Assembly (NCBI RefSeq): GCF_006345805.1
Contig: NC_042999.1
Location: 25,916,001 to 25,980,000, forward strand
Source of the DNA: Octopus sinensis
Taxonomy: Eukaryota
Direction of reading: 5' to 3'
DNA length: 64,000 bases
The notes under the pieces were generated by a model. That model made no database searches, was not told where the DNA came from, and saw nothing but the letters and a program-made list of their open reading frames with translations. Both the position numbers and the translations under genes were made by a program. Below, one piece after another: positions 41,409 through 55,478 of this stretch (within the stretch, counting starts at the first letter, position 1; every line of letters begins with the position of its first letter).

Positions 41409-42150
41409 CTAACAGAGATATCCGGCGTTGCTCGGGATTAAAATGGCATAACTTGTATATAATATATTACATTATTTACATTCCACGAATAGTTGTCCTC
41501 ATCTTGAATGTAAATAATGTAAATAATGTAAATAATAATTCCTCATCTCTTAAATATAGAACTGTAATATATTACAGTTATGTTGAAACAGATGATATGG
41601 GAAAGTGCAGCATTGACAACAAAACATTTGTGGAGTAAATGATGGGCTAATTCGACTAAGCAACATGGCATGCGTCCGTTTGGAGTATTTAAGCCCCTAG
41701 CCTGTCATAAAACATTGGGGGTGGGGTTATGTGATTTTGAAACGCACAGAAAAGCTATCAGTGAATATACTCTCTTTAACAGTAGTGGGTGCTGTGACTA
41801 GCATGACCCATCATCAGAAATTTCGACACCTCCTTCGGGTTTGTTGTCCTACATCGCTCATAAAGTAAATTTGGAGGAAATGTGGTTGTTCATTTGTGTG
41901 CAACAGGGAACCATTGAGGTGACAGACTTGCCCTTGAACTTTGACGTCGATGTAAATTCTTGTTTAACTATCTTCGTATGTGTAGTAAACGATGTTATTT
42001 GAAATTCAGAGTTGTATTGTCTTATATTGTACAGAAAATCCTTTGACTGGATGGAAGTGCCTTCCAAAAGATCCATTGGAGGTTGAGTAGGTGCTGGTGG
42101 TGCTGGCAATGTTAACTGATTTCCTGAGCAGCATGTGTCATTTGTTTCAT
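41409..42150 (-). mobile_element. Helitron deletion derivative with RepHel N-terminal pseudo-ORF
   Basis: CCSGNQLTLPAPP..FLYNIRQYNSEFQITSF; after a frameshift FKVQGQVCHLNGSLL..PHFLQIYF; 3' hairpin CCCGAGCAACGCCGG then TTAG|T. Confidence 0.88.
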
Positions 42151-42162
42151 TTGGAAATTTTT

Positions 42163-43185
42163 AATGAACTAGATACGATACAGCATACACGACTGAAAGA
42201 GAATTTACAGAATAGTGAGTATGGACACGATCGATTACCAAAAGGCTTTTGATGGTGTTGCCCACACATGGATCCTAGAAACACTAGCCATGAAAAAGGA
42301 TGCGCGAATAATCATAAAATATATAAAACATTCCTTAAATATATGGCAGAGAGTGTTATAGCTCCAAATAAAAGAGGGACTCATAAAAACCAAAGCCACC
42401 CCCATTAAAAGAGGAATATTCCAGGAAGACACACTTTCTCCACTCCTTTTCTAGTTGGCACATACACCTTTATCTGACATGGTAAGCAGAACTGGATGCG
42501 GATATAACTGTTACGACAAAACAATCAGCGACCTCTTATACATGGATGACCTAAAACTGTACGCTACAGCTGGAAACTTTACTTCAAACAGTACATGGAT
42601 ATACCAAAGAAATATATATAAAATTTGGCTTAGAAAAGTGTGCCAAAGCAATCTCGAAAAGAGAAAAACTAGTTAAGAGTAGCAACATCACACTAAATAA
42701 AGCAAATGCAATAAGTGAATTTAGCCAAAGCCTGACATAGAAATATGTAGACATCAATGAACTAGATACGATACAACGTGCACAACTGAAAGAAAACTTA
42801 AAATAGAATACTATAGACGAGTTAGATTAATATGAAAACAGAGCTCAATGCAAAAAAGAAACAAGATAATAGGTATCAACATTTTAACCAACCATCCCAG
42901 TTATAAGCTACAGCTACAATATCCTTATCAACACATTAAATGAACTATTGAAAATAGACAGGAAAACAAGAAAAATGATGACAGAATTTAGGATGCATCA
43001 CCCAAACTCTGACATAGAAAGGTTATATATACAACGTATAGAAGGTGGTAGATGCCTTATACGGCTAGAAAACTATTTCAAAATAACTACCATAGGACTA
43101 CAAAAATACCTACTTCAGAAGCAAGGAAAACTAATACAAATAGCCACAAAACACGATCAAAACAAAAAAGAAGTATTTTTAGACT
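42163..43185 (+). mobile_element. R4/Dong-like non-LTR retrotransposon RT fragment
   Basis: IDYQKAFDGVAHTWI; KRGIFQEDTLSPLLF; LLYMDDLKLYA; MHHPNSDIERLYIQRIEGGRCL. Confidence 0.9.
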
Positions 43186-43194
43186 TTAGGGAAG

Positions 43195-43935
43195 CTTATC
43201 ATTTACTTTCCAGCAATGCCCTGTGAGCCTTTCTCTGCTTTTTCTCATGGCGTGTGATATATGGTGGTAAATTTGGTGGTTCTTTCTCGGGGTGTTTTCA
43301 GCAGGATATATCCAGAGCAGCTCGAAGCATTCTTGCATAAGTTCTATCAATTTTCAAGGCGCTTTTTAAGAGTCCATGCTGCACATTCATAAAACACAAC
43401 TAACTGCACAAATGCCTGAATGGAATTACGATTCAAATTTAATACAAGTTTAGGTTTTCAGGTCGTTCATAATCTATTTAAAGCTACTCAGGCGTTAACG
43501 ATTCGGGCATGATCATCACTTGTGGACAGATATATTCTGCGATTCTACTTCGAAGATATGTGAATTCATCAACATTTTGTGTTTCCCAGATGTGGAGTTA
43601 ATATTGCCTTTCAGGTTGTACATCGTATATTCTGTCTCGTCCAAGTTGATGTAAAGACTAACACATTTAGTAGCACTGTTAAGGCTGTGCAACAGTAACT
43701 CTGACCACAAATTTCATTTGCTTGTAGCGCTAAGTCATCAGCATAGTCAGCCTCTCTGGTGGTCACAATTGGAACATGTTTGCTTTTCGCTGTTTGAAGA
43801 GTGAATACTTTGTCCTTTATTACATCTACAGAGGTGAGTAGAAAATAATCTAGACAGGTAGGATGACAAGGTGTAACCCTACAGGACATCAGCCACTATA
43901 GAAATGGAGCCCAGCAAAATACTTCTGAATCCGTC
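43195..43935 (-). mobile_element. RTE/RTE-X-type LINE, 3' RT fragment
   Basis: IVADVL*GYTL (GVLQGDTL-like), ADYADDLAL, YECAAWTL, YARMLRAALDIS. Confidence 0.85.
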
Positions 43936-43944
43936 ACTCCTAAA

Positions 43945-44380
43945 GATGAGTATGAATTTTGTCTCTGCACACAAACACGTGGCAGGTAAGTGCATCCCAC
44001 TGAGACAAAAAAGTTACACGTAGAGTTCCCTTGGGGACTACAGCTGTTACTGAAAATAAAGAAACTCTTATGAAGATTTCTAAACGAAAGAGAATAAGCC
44101 CTATACGATGAAACTTAAAATTGTTCACTAAAGCACAGAAAGAATTACACTCAGAACATCAAACAGTGCAAGAGCCTTACATACAACAAATCGACAACCT
44201 CAAAGATTCTGCTGACAACCGATAATCATCTATGGCTTGGAAAACGAAGTAAGCAGAAGAAGGATCTTCTCAAAATCCAAACTGAATGTAGCAAATGAAG
44301 TTGAACGTCTCAAAATATGGCGACATCACTCTAAAAACCTACTTGGCAAACCATCTGAAATAACCAACTTTAAAATTAGA
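43945..44380 (+). mobile_element. RTE-X-type LINE EN-RT linker fragment, opposite orientation
   Basis: NFVSAHKHVAGKCIPLRQK..RRVP; KAQKEL; SSMAWKT; ERLKIWRHHSKNLLGKP. Confidence 0.75.
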
Positions 44381-46469
44381 AAGATCATCATTTGCAACGT
44401 ACAGCAATAATTTTTCTTCGAAGTAATGTTTAAAATATTCATGAGCACATTACTTACATGCCATTAGTGACAATATAGGCTGACATTTTGAAATAGGCAG
44501 TCAGATCCCTTTAGCATGCCGTAAACAACATTTTCTCATCTATTCGCTTGCCATGGTTACTGCAGCAATGGACTCACAAATACCATGTTACACTTAACTT
44601 AGCGGCACATTACTTGTGCTACTTATCGCTCTCGTGGATATTGTAACTATATAGACTGGGTTTCCATCTAGAAATTATTTCTCTCTTACTCCTCTGGAGC
44701 TACACAATATTGACATCAACATGATGTTTTACAGAAGTGGATCACAAAAATATATATATATTTTATATATTCATTCATGTATTTTTCTTCCTATAACCAA
44801 ATTGCTGGACTGTAACGTTGTCAACTTTATGATTACAATGAACCAATATGAGTTCATAGCATTTCTTATGGGAAGAGTGATACTGGTATATCTTTCATTC
44901 TGTGTAGTACAAAGGTTACTGCGGAAATTCCATGGAGCAATATTGATGTTTCACTTTTATCGCTAACGTTTACATCAGTGAGAAACGTACACGAAGTATA
45001 ATCATATATGAATGCATACATCAAATACAATATCTACGGTACTGATAGAAACATAAGTGCGTTGGTGAGAGACAGTGTGAGCGTGTTTATGTGCGACTGG
45101 AAACGAAAGGGAGACAATATTTACAGGTATAATTATATGTTCACTCGCCAACATATGCAGACAAACATGCACAGAAATACTTTGGTGTTTGTCTGGGGGA
45201 TACTCGAATTTGATAGATGAGTGTATGTGCTTGTGTTGTCGAAACCCAATGTGGTGCCCCAGTATGGCAGCAGTTTAATGATTGGAACATGTAGAAGCTA
45301 AAAGGTAAAAGGAAAGATATAGTAACCAAATTTAAATACTGGCAATGTACAAGGCTTGTGAAGGAGAGGAGCGAAAAGAGAAGAGTTAGGATTCTAACCC
45401 CACAGCCACAAAGATGGGCCGGTGTTGGTATCACACGGGTTGATTTTCTTACTAGGGAAATAGGTCGCACTTACGAGAGAAGAGAGGAGTGGACGAGCAG
45501 CAAACATTTCGGGTGGCCAACGGCTATTGGAGTGTAATAAATCAATGCATGGGAAAGAATACAGGGATTTGAAAAATCCGGGCGGATATGTCAGTGAGCA
45601 CTCCATGCGAATCCTGGATAAGGGAATGTATAAAAGTGATAATCAGTATTTACAAACTGTAAAACCGAGGAAATGGACTAATTTTATGGTTGATTCAAAC
45701 AACTCAAGTTATGATGGTAAACAAACGAAGGAATGAAGTTGATGGTAAAACAATGTTTATTAAATGGTTACAGTTGTCGAAGTTCTTAATGGAAGCCTTT
45801 CCTTATTTTATACGCTGGTTTATTGATATAAAAATTATGTAATCTCATAAAATAATCAATAATGAATGAGGTTAGCATCAACAGTTCGGACCAGATTAAA
45901 GTTATAATAGAGAAGTACGTTTCGATTTATGGAGACACTTAATCTCTATGTAGGAACTTTCTCTCTGTTCTTTCTCAATTGATGAACTATTAAGTCTCTA
46001 TGGAGAAAAAGAAGAAAAAAGGAAACATAAAACATGCATTCCATGAATGTCTTGTAAATTGTTTCCCGTATATACATAGATACACACACACCCACATAAA
46101 CACACACACACACATAAACACACACACACACACATATACACACACAAACACATATTAGGCGTCGGTGAAGCCAATGGTCAATTCTTGCAGGTCAAACACC
46201 TCAGGGAATATTATGTAGAGAAGCAGTCTGCTAATGCTATAAATATTAACCCCACTCTCTCTCTCCCCTCTCTCTCTCTACCTCTCTCTCATTCTCTCTC
46301 ACTCTCTCTCTCTGCCATTCTCGCATATTTGTGCATATACATTGTATATATGAATATGTGTGTGTGTATGCATATATATGCGAATACATGTGTACACACA
46401 CGCACACACACACACACGGACATAGATATGCGTGCTATTACGTATGAACATGCATATATATATATGTAT

Positions 46470-46768
46470 ATATGATGGACTTCCCGTCGTTAGACGACTT
46501 ACGTGGGTTAGACAATTTCTAACCGAACAACCTCACCGATGATTTGTTTATAGCGATCAAATATTTGTGTAGACATAAGATCACTCCCTCAATGAAATCG
46601 ACATTACCTGTACAGATGCAACGGGTGTCACATGTCAGATGTCGAAATGATCACAGTGCAACGGGAAGTGAAGTGGTTTGTCCAAGAACACAACACAACT
46701 CCCAGTCTGGGAATCGAACCCACGATCTCGCAATGGTAATTGCAACAACTCAACTACTAAGCCATGTG

Positions 46769-46770
<2 letters not shown>
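46470..46770 (-). mobile_element. tRNA-SINE family D (related fragment at ~62250-62370, plus strand)
   Basis: Minus head CACATGGCTTAGTAG..GGGTTCGATTCCCAGAC, then GTGTTGTTCTTGGACAAACCACTT. Confidence 0.7.
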
Positions 46771-46799
<29 letters not shown>

Positions 46800-46813
<14 letters not shown>

Positions 46814-47300
46814 CAAAATCCGTTCTATCTTTCCATCTGTGTATGTGTCTTCTAGGACCTCGGGCATCTTCCATCCGATTGTGCTCAAATTTGATGTGTT
46901 GATACCGACGGTATCAGGTTGTGTATAAGTCTGGAAAAAATTACAAAAATTGCAAAAATCGATAAACCCGTGGGAACGTGCATTTGTACACATAAGTATA
47001 TCAACTGTTGCGATCGATACTACGCGAGAAAATGCATGTGCAGTTTGCGCAATAAAAGCCGACTGGCTTGAAATAATGCCACAAAATGCAGTATATTTAA
47101 GAGGCCAAAAATGTAAAATGCAAAAGAGATATTTTCTTTAAACTTGGCATGAAGGAAGGAAAGAATATTTGGTTTCTCAAGAAGTATTTTTTTTTTGCCT
47201 TAACAAAACCAAAAATTTGATTGAAGTAAAGGCATGCACAATTATTTTTTATTCAGCAGATATGATTCAGCACCATCCATTGTACAGGGGCGTTTTGCTC
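46800..47300 (+). mobile_element. Possible decayed non-autonomous Helitron
   Basis: (TA)n-ATAC start, CCGATTGTGCTCAAATTTG block, GGGCGTTTTGCTCGT degenerate end. Confidence 0.35.
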
Positions 47301-47361
<61 letters not shown>

Positions 47362-48759
47362 CGCAACGTATAATTGTCAGCCAAATGTGGCGCCCTATAC
47401 AGGACACTGCTACTGACGTTTATAGCCTCAGAAATCTGGTTAACGACAAACATTCTGTGTCCCATTAGTATTTGTGAGGAGATACACACCGACTCGAGTT
47501 TCTGAGTGGTTACACCTCCTCAGCATGTGCTAATCACAAGCTAGTGATGAAAACTCATTCCTCTCGCAAACTACTATATGCTGTTTCCAGTAACAAACTG
47601 TCGCTGGTCTTGAAAAAGAAGAAATAAGCTATATTAAATCTCTGAGCGAGATATAAACAGTAGCAGTACGGAATCGTAACATATAGTCGCCAATGGAGGA
47701 AAGGAGAGAGAGAGAGAGTGAGAGAGAGAGAGTGATACTGATTACTTTCACTTGACGAATCAACAATTTTGACTTCTTTATTTACTAAAAGTGTTTCGTT
47801 TCAGTTTCTAAAATTTGGGTAAGAGTAAGAAATACTTCATAGCTTCCATAATTTTTATTTAAGCTTTTGTTATAAGTAAAGAAGATTACATTTTTTTAAC
47901 GCATCACTGATAAGTGTAGCATTTTTGTTAGTTATAATCCACATAAGCTGGTTTCCAATAACTTTGTGAAGTTCGTGAATTTTGGGTATGAGAAAACTTT
48001 TTTGTGTTTGTTTTCTCACGTTTGCTTTCAGTATTGACCTGACCTAATACATCATACATTGATTAAAATAACAATGGTTTTTTGAGAATTAGTGCAGTAT
48101 CCTAAGAACGCAACGCCATATTAATGGGAGTCTAATTAGCACTCATCATTAACTCAGCCAATGTATTTTTTATTTCTCGAAATTTTCGCATTTTTTTTTA
48201 CAAATGTATGCTTTAGAAATAGTATCATTATGAATTTTTAAAAATTACGTTTGATTATATATTTGTCAGACTTTTAGATTAGCTGTCTTACATAAATCTC
48301 AATTTTACATTTTTTTTCTGGATTTCTTCACATTTTATTAATAACCCGCATTTGAAAACAATCGCGGGTAGATTTTCTTAAAAATGCAATTTTTTAATCC
48401 TTGTTTTGTTTCTTTTTCTTTTTTTTTTTGTCAAGTAACTACCAATTTCTTCATCTTGATATAAGAATACAAGTTACAACTAATTAGTTTCTATTTTATG
48501 TTATTTTTCGTTAGGCTGTAGTATTTCACGCTTGATAAATTGTAATCTATAGTTTTTATAGAAAAAGATTTCGGAAAGATATCATACATGATTCGGAATT
48601 TCTATGTTACTTTGTTACCGTATTTTAATTATGAAAATTAAAATGTCGAGGTGGAAGTACAAAATATTTTCTTTAAAAATGTGTATTAGGTGCGTTTCAA
48701 AATGTAGAATGCTCTAATTTTGAAACTATATTGCGAAAGATAGTTATAACAACCAAATA

Positions 48760-49700
48760 TAGCTCAGTTAGATGAATCCTCTTTGTAATGTAATAGAAGT
48801 GTGTTTCTTGCCCGTATGTACACGTCGTCCAAAATAAAAAATTGTATAAGGCGGTATTATTTGTAAGGCAGCTAGAAACCGACACAAAACAGGGGTCGGT
48901 GTTTCGTGTTGTTAAAAGGGGTATTTTTCTTGTTTGTGCCATAGATGGGGCACCATCGATGGCAGGTTGTTCTCACTGCTTTATCAATGTATAGAAAAAT
49001 GTGTTATCTAGAGTGTTTAGAGTGTAATATGTAATTCACAGGCAACAACTGGTTGAAAATGACCAACATTGTTTACTTAATAAATCGTTGAGCACTCTTA
49101 TCAGTAAATAAAATCAAGACACATGCTCTTATTCCCATTGTTTTAACAGCTATAAACTGAGAATAACAACGATTTTGAACGTTTAGCGTAGCACACATAA
49201 GTTCGATGGCTGTCAAACGGAAACTGCTTCAGAAGATTTTCTCCAGTTTTTAAAACAGTTGATGAATTCTTCCACATTTCAATGCCTGTTCTCTGTGTTG
49301 TACTAAAAAGCAGCAAGCATGACATTGCTTTCGCGGCACATATATTCAATGAAGTTAATTTGCAAAAGGAAATTATGTTAAACCTCATCACCTAAACACT
49401 AGTCCTCCCCACATTTTATAAATCGTCTTGAGATTTTCCAGTTTGTGAGCCTCTCTGAATTGAAGAAAGAGAACATACAAGTAGACACAATTGAAGCTCA
49501 TTGTTTACACCTGAATGAGCTGTACAGACACATGTCTAACAGATTTCGGGATTCTATTTTTTTTCCTTCGTAAACTGGCAGTCGGGGAAATCAATCCATT
49601 CGTAAATATCAGTCATAAGAAAACCAGAATAGCGAAGACACAACAAGTTTCACTTCAAAATGAGATTGAGATGAGGCCAAAAATTGTATCAGGATTTTTG
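48760..49700 (+). pseudogene. hAT (Buster/Charlie-type) transposase relic
   Basis: QLDESS; FVRQLETDTKQGSVF; CA.DGAPSMAG (frameshifted); IHRQQL; NKIKTHAL; H..VRWLSNGNCFRRF; HLNELYRHMSNRFRD. Confidence 0.88.
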
Positions 49701-49915
49701 ACTAAAAAATGATATTTCTGACCGCTACGCTACACTGTGGGAAAACGTCGAGATGTTATTTATTGCCTTTTCAACATCATATTTAGTAGTGAGGGACTTT
49801 AGTGCAATTGCCAAGATTCTTTCTAAGTAAAGAGAGAGGGAGAGAGAGAGAGAGGAAGGGTGAAAGAAAGAGATAGATAGAGGGACAGAGACATATATAT
49901 ATATATATATGTAGT

Positions 49916-50128
49916 GGAGGCGCAATGGCCCAGTGGTTAGGACAGTGGACTCGCGGTCGCAGGATCGTGGTTTCGATTCCCAGACTGGGCGTTGTGAGTG
50001 TATATTGAGCAAAAACACCTAAAGCTCGACGAGGCCCCGACAGGGGGTGGTAGCGAACCCTGCTGTACCCTTTCACCACAACGTTCACTATTTTTCCCGG
50101 TTTCTATTGTACCTATATTTCAAATGGC

Positions 50129-50135
<7 letters not shown>
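49916..50135 (+). mobile_element. 3'-truncated SINE family B
   Basis: GGAGGCGCAATGGCCCAGTGGTTAGG head. Confidence 0.9.
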
Positions 50136-50180
<45 letters not shown>

Positions 50181-50721
50181 ATATATTATATATATATATA
50201 TATATATACATCCATACTTGATTCTCTTTCCCATGCCATAACAAATTTTGAATGCTGTCAGTTTTGAGATGAGTCGAACCAAAGATGTCGAAATTTGGAA
50301 ATATTTATATCTCGACTAGACTATGATATAACATATAATGCGTTATATAAGTATTTACAGTTAGCACAGTTCCTTATAATATTATTCGAAGGTAACGTGA
50401 AGAAGCTCTTTCATACTCACATATGTCCGTTTATACCAATATATGAAATGTTTGCCCATCTATCTATAAATAGTCGTGATAAAGACATTTTATAATTGAA
50501 GAATCTTTTCACAAAACATTTCTGGAATTTTATTTTTAATCATGCCATGACTGGAAAGCTGGAATGAAATTGAATACTATAAAATATTTATTTATTTATT
50601 TATTTATTTATTTATTTGCAGCTCTTATTCTTCCTAAGCTGGTCCTATTCTAGACTGCAATAGCAATGGTATGAAACGATAACTATAAAACGAATAAACA
50701 TCTCTTTATATATGCAGCATA

Positions 50722-50966
<245 letters not shown>

Positions 50967-52369
50967 TTGAATGTCGGGGAGATATTTAAAGAATGATGAG
51001 CAGAAAAATAAATTCGCGTATCTATACATGTTAATATTCCTGATTAAAAGTAATCTCTCTGCAAGTCATATAAGATATGTTTTGCTGAAGCATATGCAAT
51101 TGGATTGAAGAGACGTGAAGCCATCCATGCGTTAACGCATGGAAATATCACTTTCTAGACGGACTGCAATCGGATTTCATGTCTGATATTGCTGCCGGAT
51201 GACATGGATATAATGATTGAACGGATTACATCTTAGGGTACAAGGTTATGTAAATCAATTTATTTTTAAACCAAATCAAAGGAAGTTCAAGGATATTAGA
51301 CTTTAACGCATAATCCTTCTTCTAACGGAATAGAGGAACTGATTTATTTTCCTTGCGGGCGTCTGTGTTAATTCAGATACAACGCGCCAGTGTAGATCTA
51401 TTCAGTCCATTATTTCTTGCAATTAAGATCCTGCATTCCTAAAGATAGATTGAGAAATAATTACCAATATATCCTGGGGAAATAATTAAGCTGTAGCTAG
51501 TAGTTAATGAAGAAGATATCTTTGCTATAATTGCAGTTGTGTTCTTAATTACATAATGTTTAACATATCTTTCATTTTCTTTCTCTAAGCTACAAAGATA
51601 GTCTGGAAAATTTTTTTCAAATAAGAAATATACTTGTTTGTTTTTGCCGTTGTTTTACCCCAAAAAGGGAGTGAATGTGCACACTAATAATTAAAAGAAT
51701 TTCGAATCAAACATATTTCTCTCTATTTCCCGGATTATATTATCTTTGTTCTTACATGTTTGTGGTGGTAATCGTGAATTGTCCATTGTTTTATGAGAAT
51801 CAATTGAGCAGCCGCGAAAAGTTTTCTTCGTTGACACAAAGATAACAAGATCAGAGAAATAGTAAGTACCCATTGAGAACACATACTTAATATTGGTTTG
51901 CAATATACTTCTGTGATGTCATTTCAAAATGATTGAGTCAATAATCAATTTAATCTCACCTAAATTCGATAATATAAGAGGTAACATTACTTGATTGATA
52001 AAACAGTAAAATCCAGGGAAAATGGTGTTCAGCTGTGAGCGTAAATTAGTAAGTAGAAATCTTAACAAAGTTGGCGTAAGTACTGCTGATCAACCTAGAT
52101 AGCTTGGCAATCTTCCTCTGAGCATTCGGTTCTCATTTCGTCTTCAACATTTATTTGCTACGTGGCCATGTTTGGAATTTAGAGGAGTTAAAAGAGTGAC
52201 AACCATTGGATAAACAGAATCTTGGTTAAAAAGAGAGAAATGTAATTATGAAACTAAAAGGAGGCACAAAGTTAAAACATCATATTTGAATATATTCAAA
52301 TGGTGAGTGATATCACTGTTTATGTATAGTGGGGAATAAAAATACAATATTATACGGTTTATCTTTTGA

Positions 52370-52700
52370 TTGTCTTAGGCATTAAACTGTGGCCATGCTG
52401 GGGCACGATACTGGGGAAATTTAATTTCAACCAGTCGACCCCAGAACTATTTTTCTAAGCCAATCCTCTAATTCTATCGGGTTCGTTTCTCGATCCGGTA
52501 TGTCTCAAGAATGAAAACACACCAACACCGCTTGCCAATCGATGGTGAGAACAATAGCAATCACACAAACAAACATACGCGCATGCACACACCCTGACAC
52601 ATACACACACATTTGTCCAAGATGCTATGCAGTGAGGACGTGTTCAGAAACATAAGGTTGGGACGTAAAGGGTCTTACTACACAACCACACCCTCACATA
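52370..52700 (-). mobile_element. Decayed SINE family A
   Basis: TGTGGCCATGCTGGGGCAC, TCGACCCCAG, TTCTATCGG blocks. Confidence 0.65.
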
Positions 52701-52713
52701 GACACAGACATAG

Positions 52714-52794
<81 letters not shown>

Positions 52795-52898
52795 GCACAT
52801 GCTCACAGGCACACACATACATGCACATGCACACGTATATATACATATGGTACTTCTTTTAAGAGCAAATATATATATATATATATATATATATGTGA

Positions 52899-53278
52899 GG
52901 AAGCACTCCGTCGGTTACGACGATGAGGGTTCCGGTTGATCCGAATCAACGGAACAGCCTGCTCGAGAAATTAACGTGTAAGTGGCTGAGCACTCCACAG
53001 ACACGTGCACCCTTAACGTAGTTCTCGGGGATATTCAGCGTGACACAGAGAGTGACAAGGCCGGCCCTTTGAAATACAGGTACAACAGAAACAGGAAATA
53101 AGAGTGAGACAAAGTTGTGGTGAAAGAATACAGCAGGGATCACCACCATCCCCTGCCGGAGCCTCGTGGAGCTTTAAGGTGTTTTCGCTCAATAAACACT
53201 CAATAAACACTCACAACGCCCGGTCTGGGAATCCTATGACCGCGAGTCCGCTGCCCTAACCACTGGGCCATTGCGCCT

Positions 53279-53280
<2 letters not shown>
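52899..53280 (-). mobile_element. Near-full-length tRNA-SINE family B, tail type 1
   Basis: Same head as 25795 and 49916; tail ending CGTAACCGACGGAGTGCTTCC. Confidence 0.92.
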
Positions 53281-53377
<97 letters not shown>

Positions 53378-53749
53378 CTTTGAATGTGTGTGTGTGTCTG
53401 TGAGTATGTGTGTGTATACGGCACGTGTGAAATGACGTATGAAATTATCAAGATTAGTGCGTTAGACAATTTTAAATCCGGTGGTGATGAATTGAAAATA
53501 CATTGACACTCCATCACGCTTCTCTTTTCATTTCGTAATAAGACTGAAATCTAGGAACGTTAAAGATCTGTGGAATAATATTTTTCTCAAGTTGGACAAA
53601 TGACTGATAAGAAGACAGTTGTATATTTACTTTAACGCCCACTAGTGACCTCACAAAAGTACTTGCCAGTATCACTCTCTGTCTGTCTGTCTCTCTAGTG
53701 TATAATCATATATGTGTGAGTGTGTATATGTAAGATAGAGAATGTAGTA

Positions 53750-54240
<491 letters not shown>

Positions 54241-55478
54241 GGCGTTCGTTCTTTTTTGCGATTACTCAAGCAATTACTGTTTAGTGATTACCTTGATAAT
54301 TGGATTTTCTCGGAACATGTGCGTTTCTGTATCGAGAATATGAATAATTCAAATAGTAGCTATCATTATATATCAGAGCCATTTTTTTTTCTTACAGTCA
54401 TATATATTGCTTGCAAATAAACCAATGAGTTCTTTGAGAAGTATTCATTATATACTATGATAAAAGTGGAATAGAGAGTGCGGGCTCTGCTCAAAAATGA
54501 CTGCAGCATTAATTGTTAATGACTAGTGTTGCTCCATATGTTTGTTTTCCAAAAATGTTATGGTTGACCTTGTGGTGCATATCTGCCAGTCTGTTTCACC
54601 AGTCTTACATCCAGACTAGCAACTAAGAGAGAACAAAGACCACAATAGAAATAAAACAAGGAATTTCAGGCTACGTGCCTTCTTTAGATTTTACCATTAA
54701 CTGAAGAAGGGCCAGTGGCCCGGAACGCCCAGTTTTTGCTTTTTGTACTCTTTGTTTTCACTTAATTCTCCAGTCCACAATCACGTGGAAGATGGTCTGT
54801 AAGCTGTTCCGTGATGCAACGAGCTGAAAATATTTCTGTATAGCTACACAAATTTCTTGATGGCATGTAAATTGTAAGACATAAAGATGATTAATCGAAG
54901 AAGATTGCAGATTCTCTTCTCTTTAAGCTTCGAGTACAAATCCCTTTTTGCCGTTGATACACACAGAAACGATAAATCTTTCAGCCATATTTTCTTGGCC
55001 ATACCCTAACTACAAATAGTTAAAAAAAAACATAGCTTATATTCCATTTGACTTGAACTGAGGAACATATTTCATATACAGATGACACGTTGCTCTGTTA
55101 GTGACATGATTAATGATGCAAACGTTGTGTGTGTGCGCGCACGTGTGTGTATATGTTTGAGTATAAGTGCGCGCGTAGGTTATGTACGGTTTATTGTTTT
55201 TAATAGTGTATGGATATCCAAGATATGAGTCGCCATTTTACACAACAATCTAAACTGAATAGCCTTCCGCTAAATGCTCATCCCATAAATGCTTCTTCGT
55301 CTCTACCTTTACACGATGTATTAAGGATGCATAAAAATTGTACGTAACAGGAATAATCAAAATTGTAATGTTTGTACTATTTTCGGAGGATATCAGCCCG
55401 CTAAAGGAAAGTAAATTTTATTATTTATAGAATAAAACGCTTTGAAAGAGTATACTTCATGACTTAATACAAAACATA

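Noticed and set aside
47388-47407. TGGCGCCC resembling a tRNA-Lys primer-binding site
   Set aside because: Only 8 nt match exactly, and there is no adjacent LTR or gag/pol relic.
51124-51143. 20-bp perfect palindrome TCCATGCGTTAACGCATGGA followed by AATATC
   Set aside because: No upstream CUGANGA-like core or stem I; an isolated hairpin of unknown meaning.
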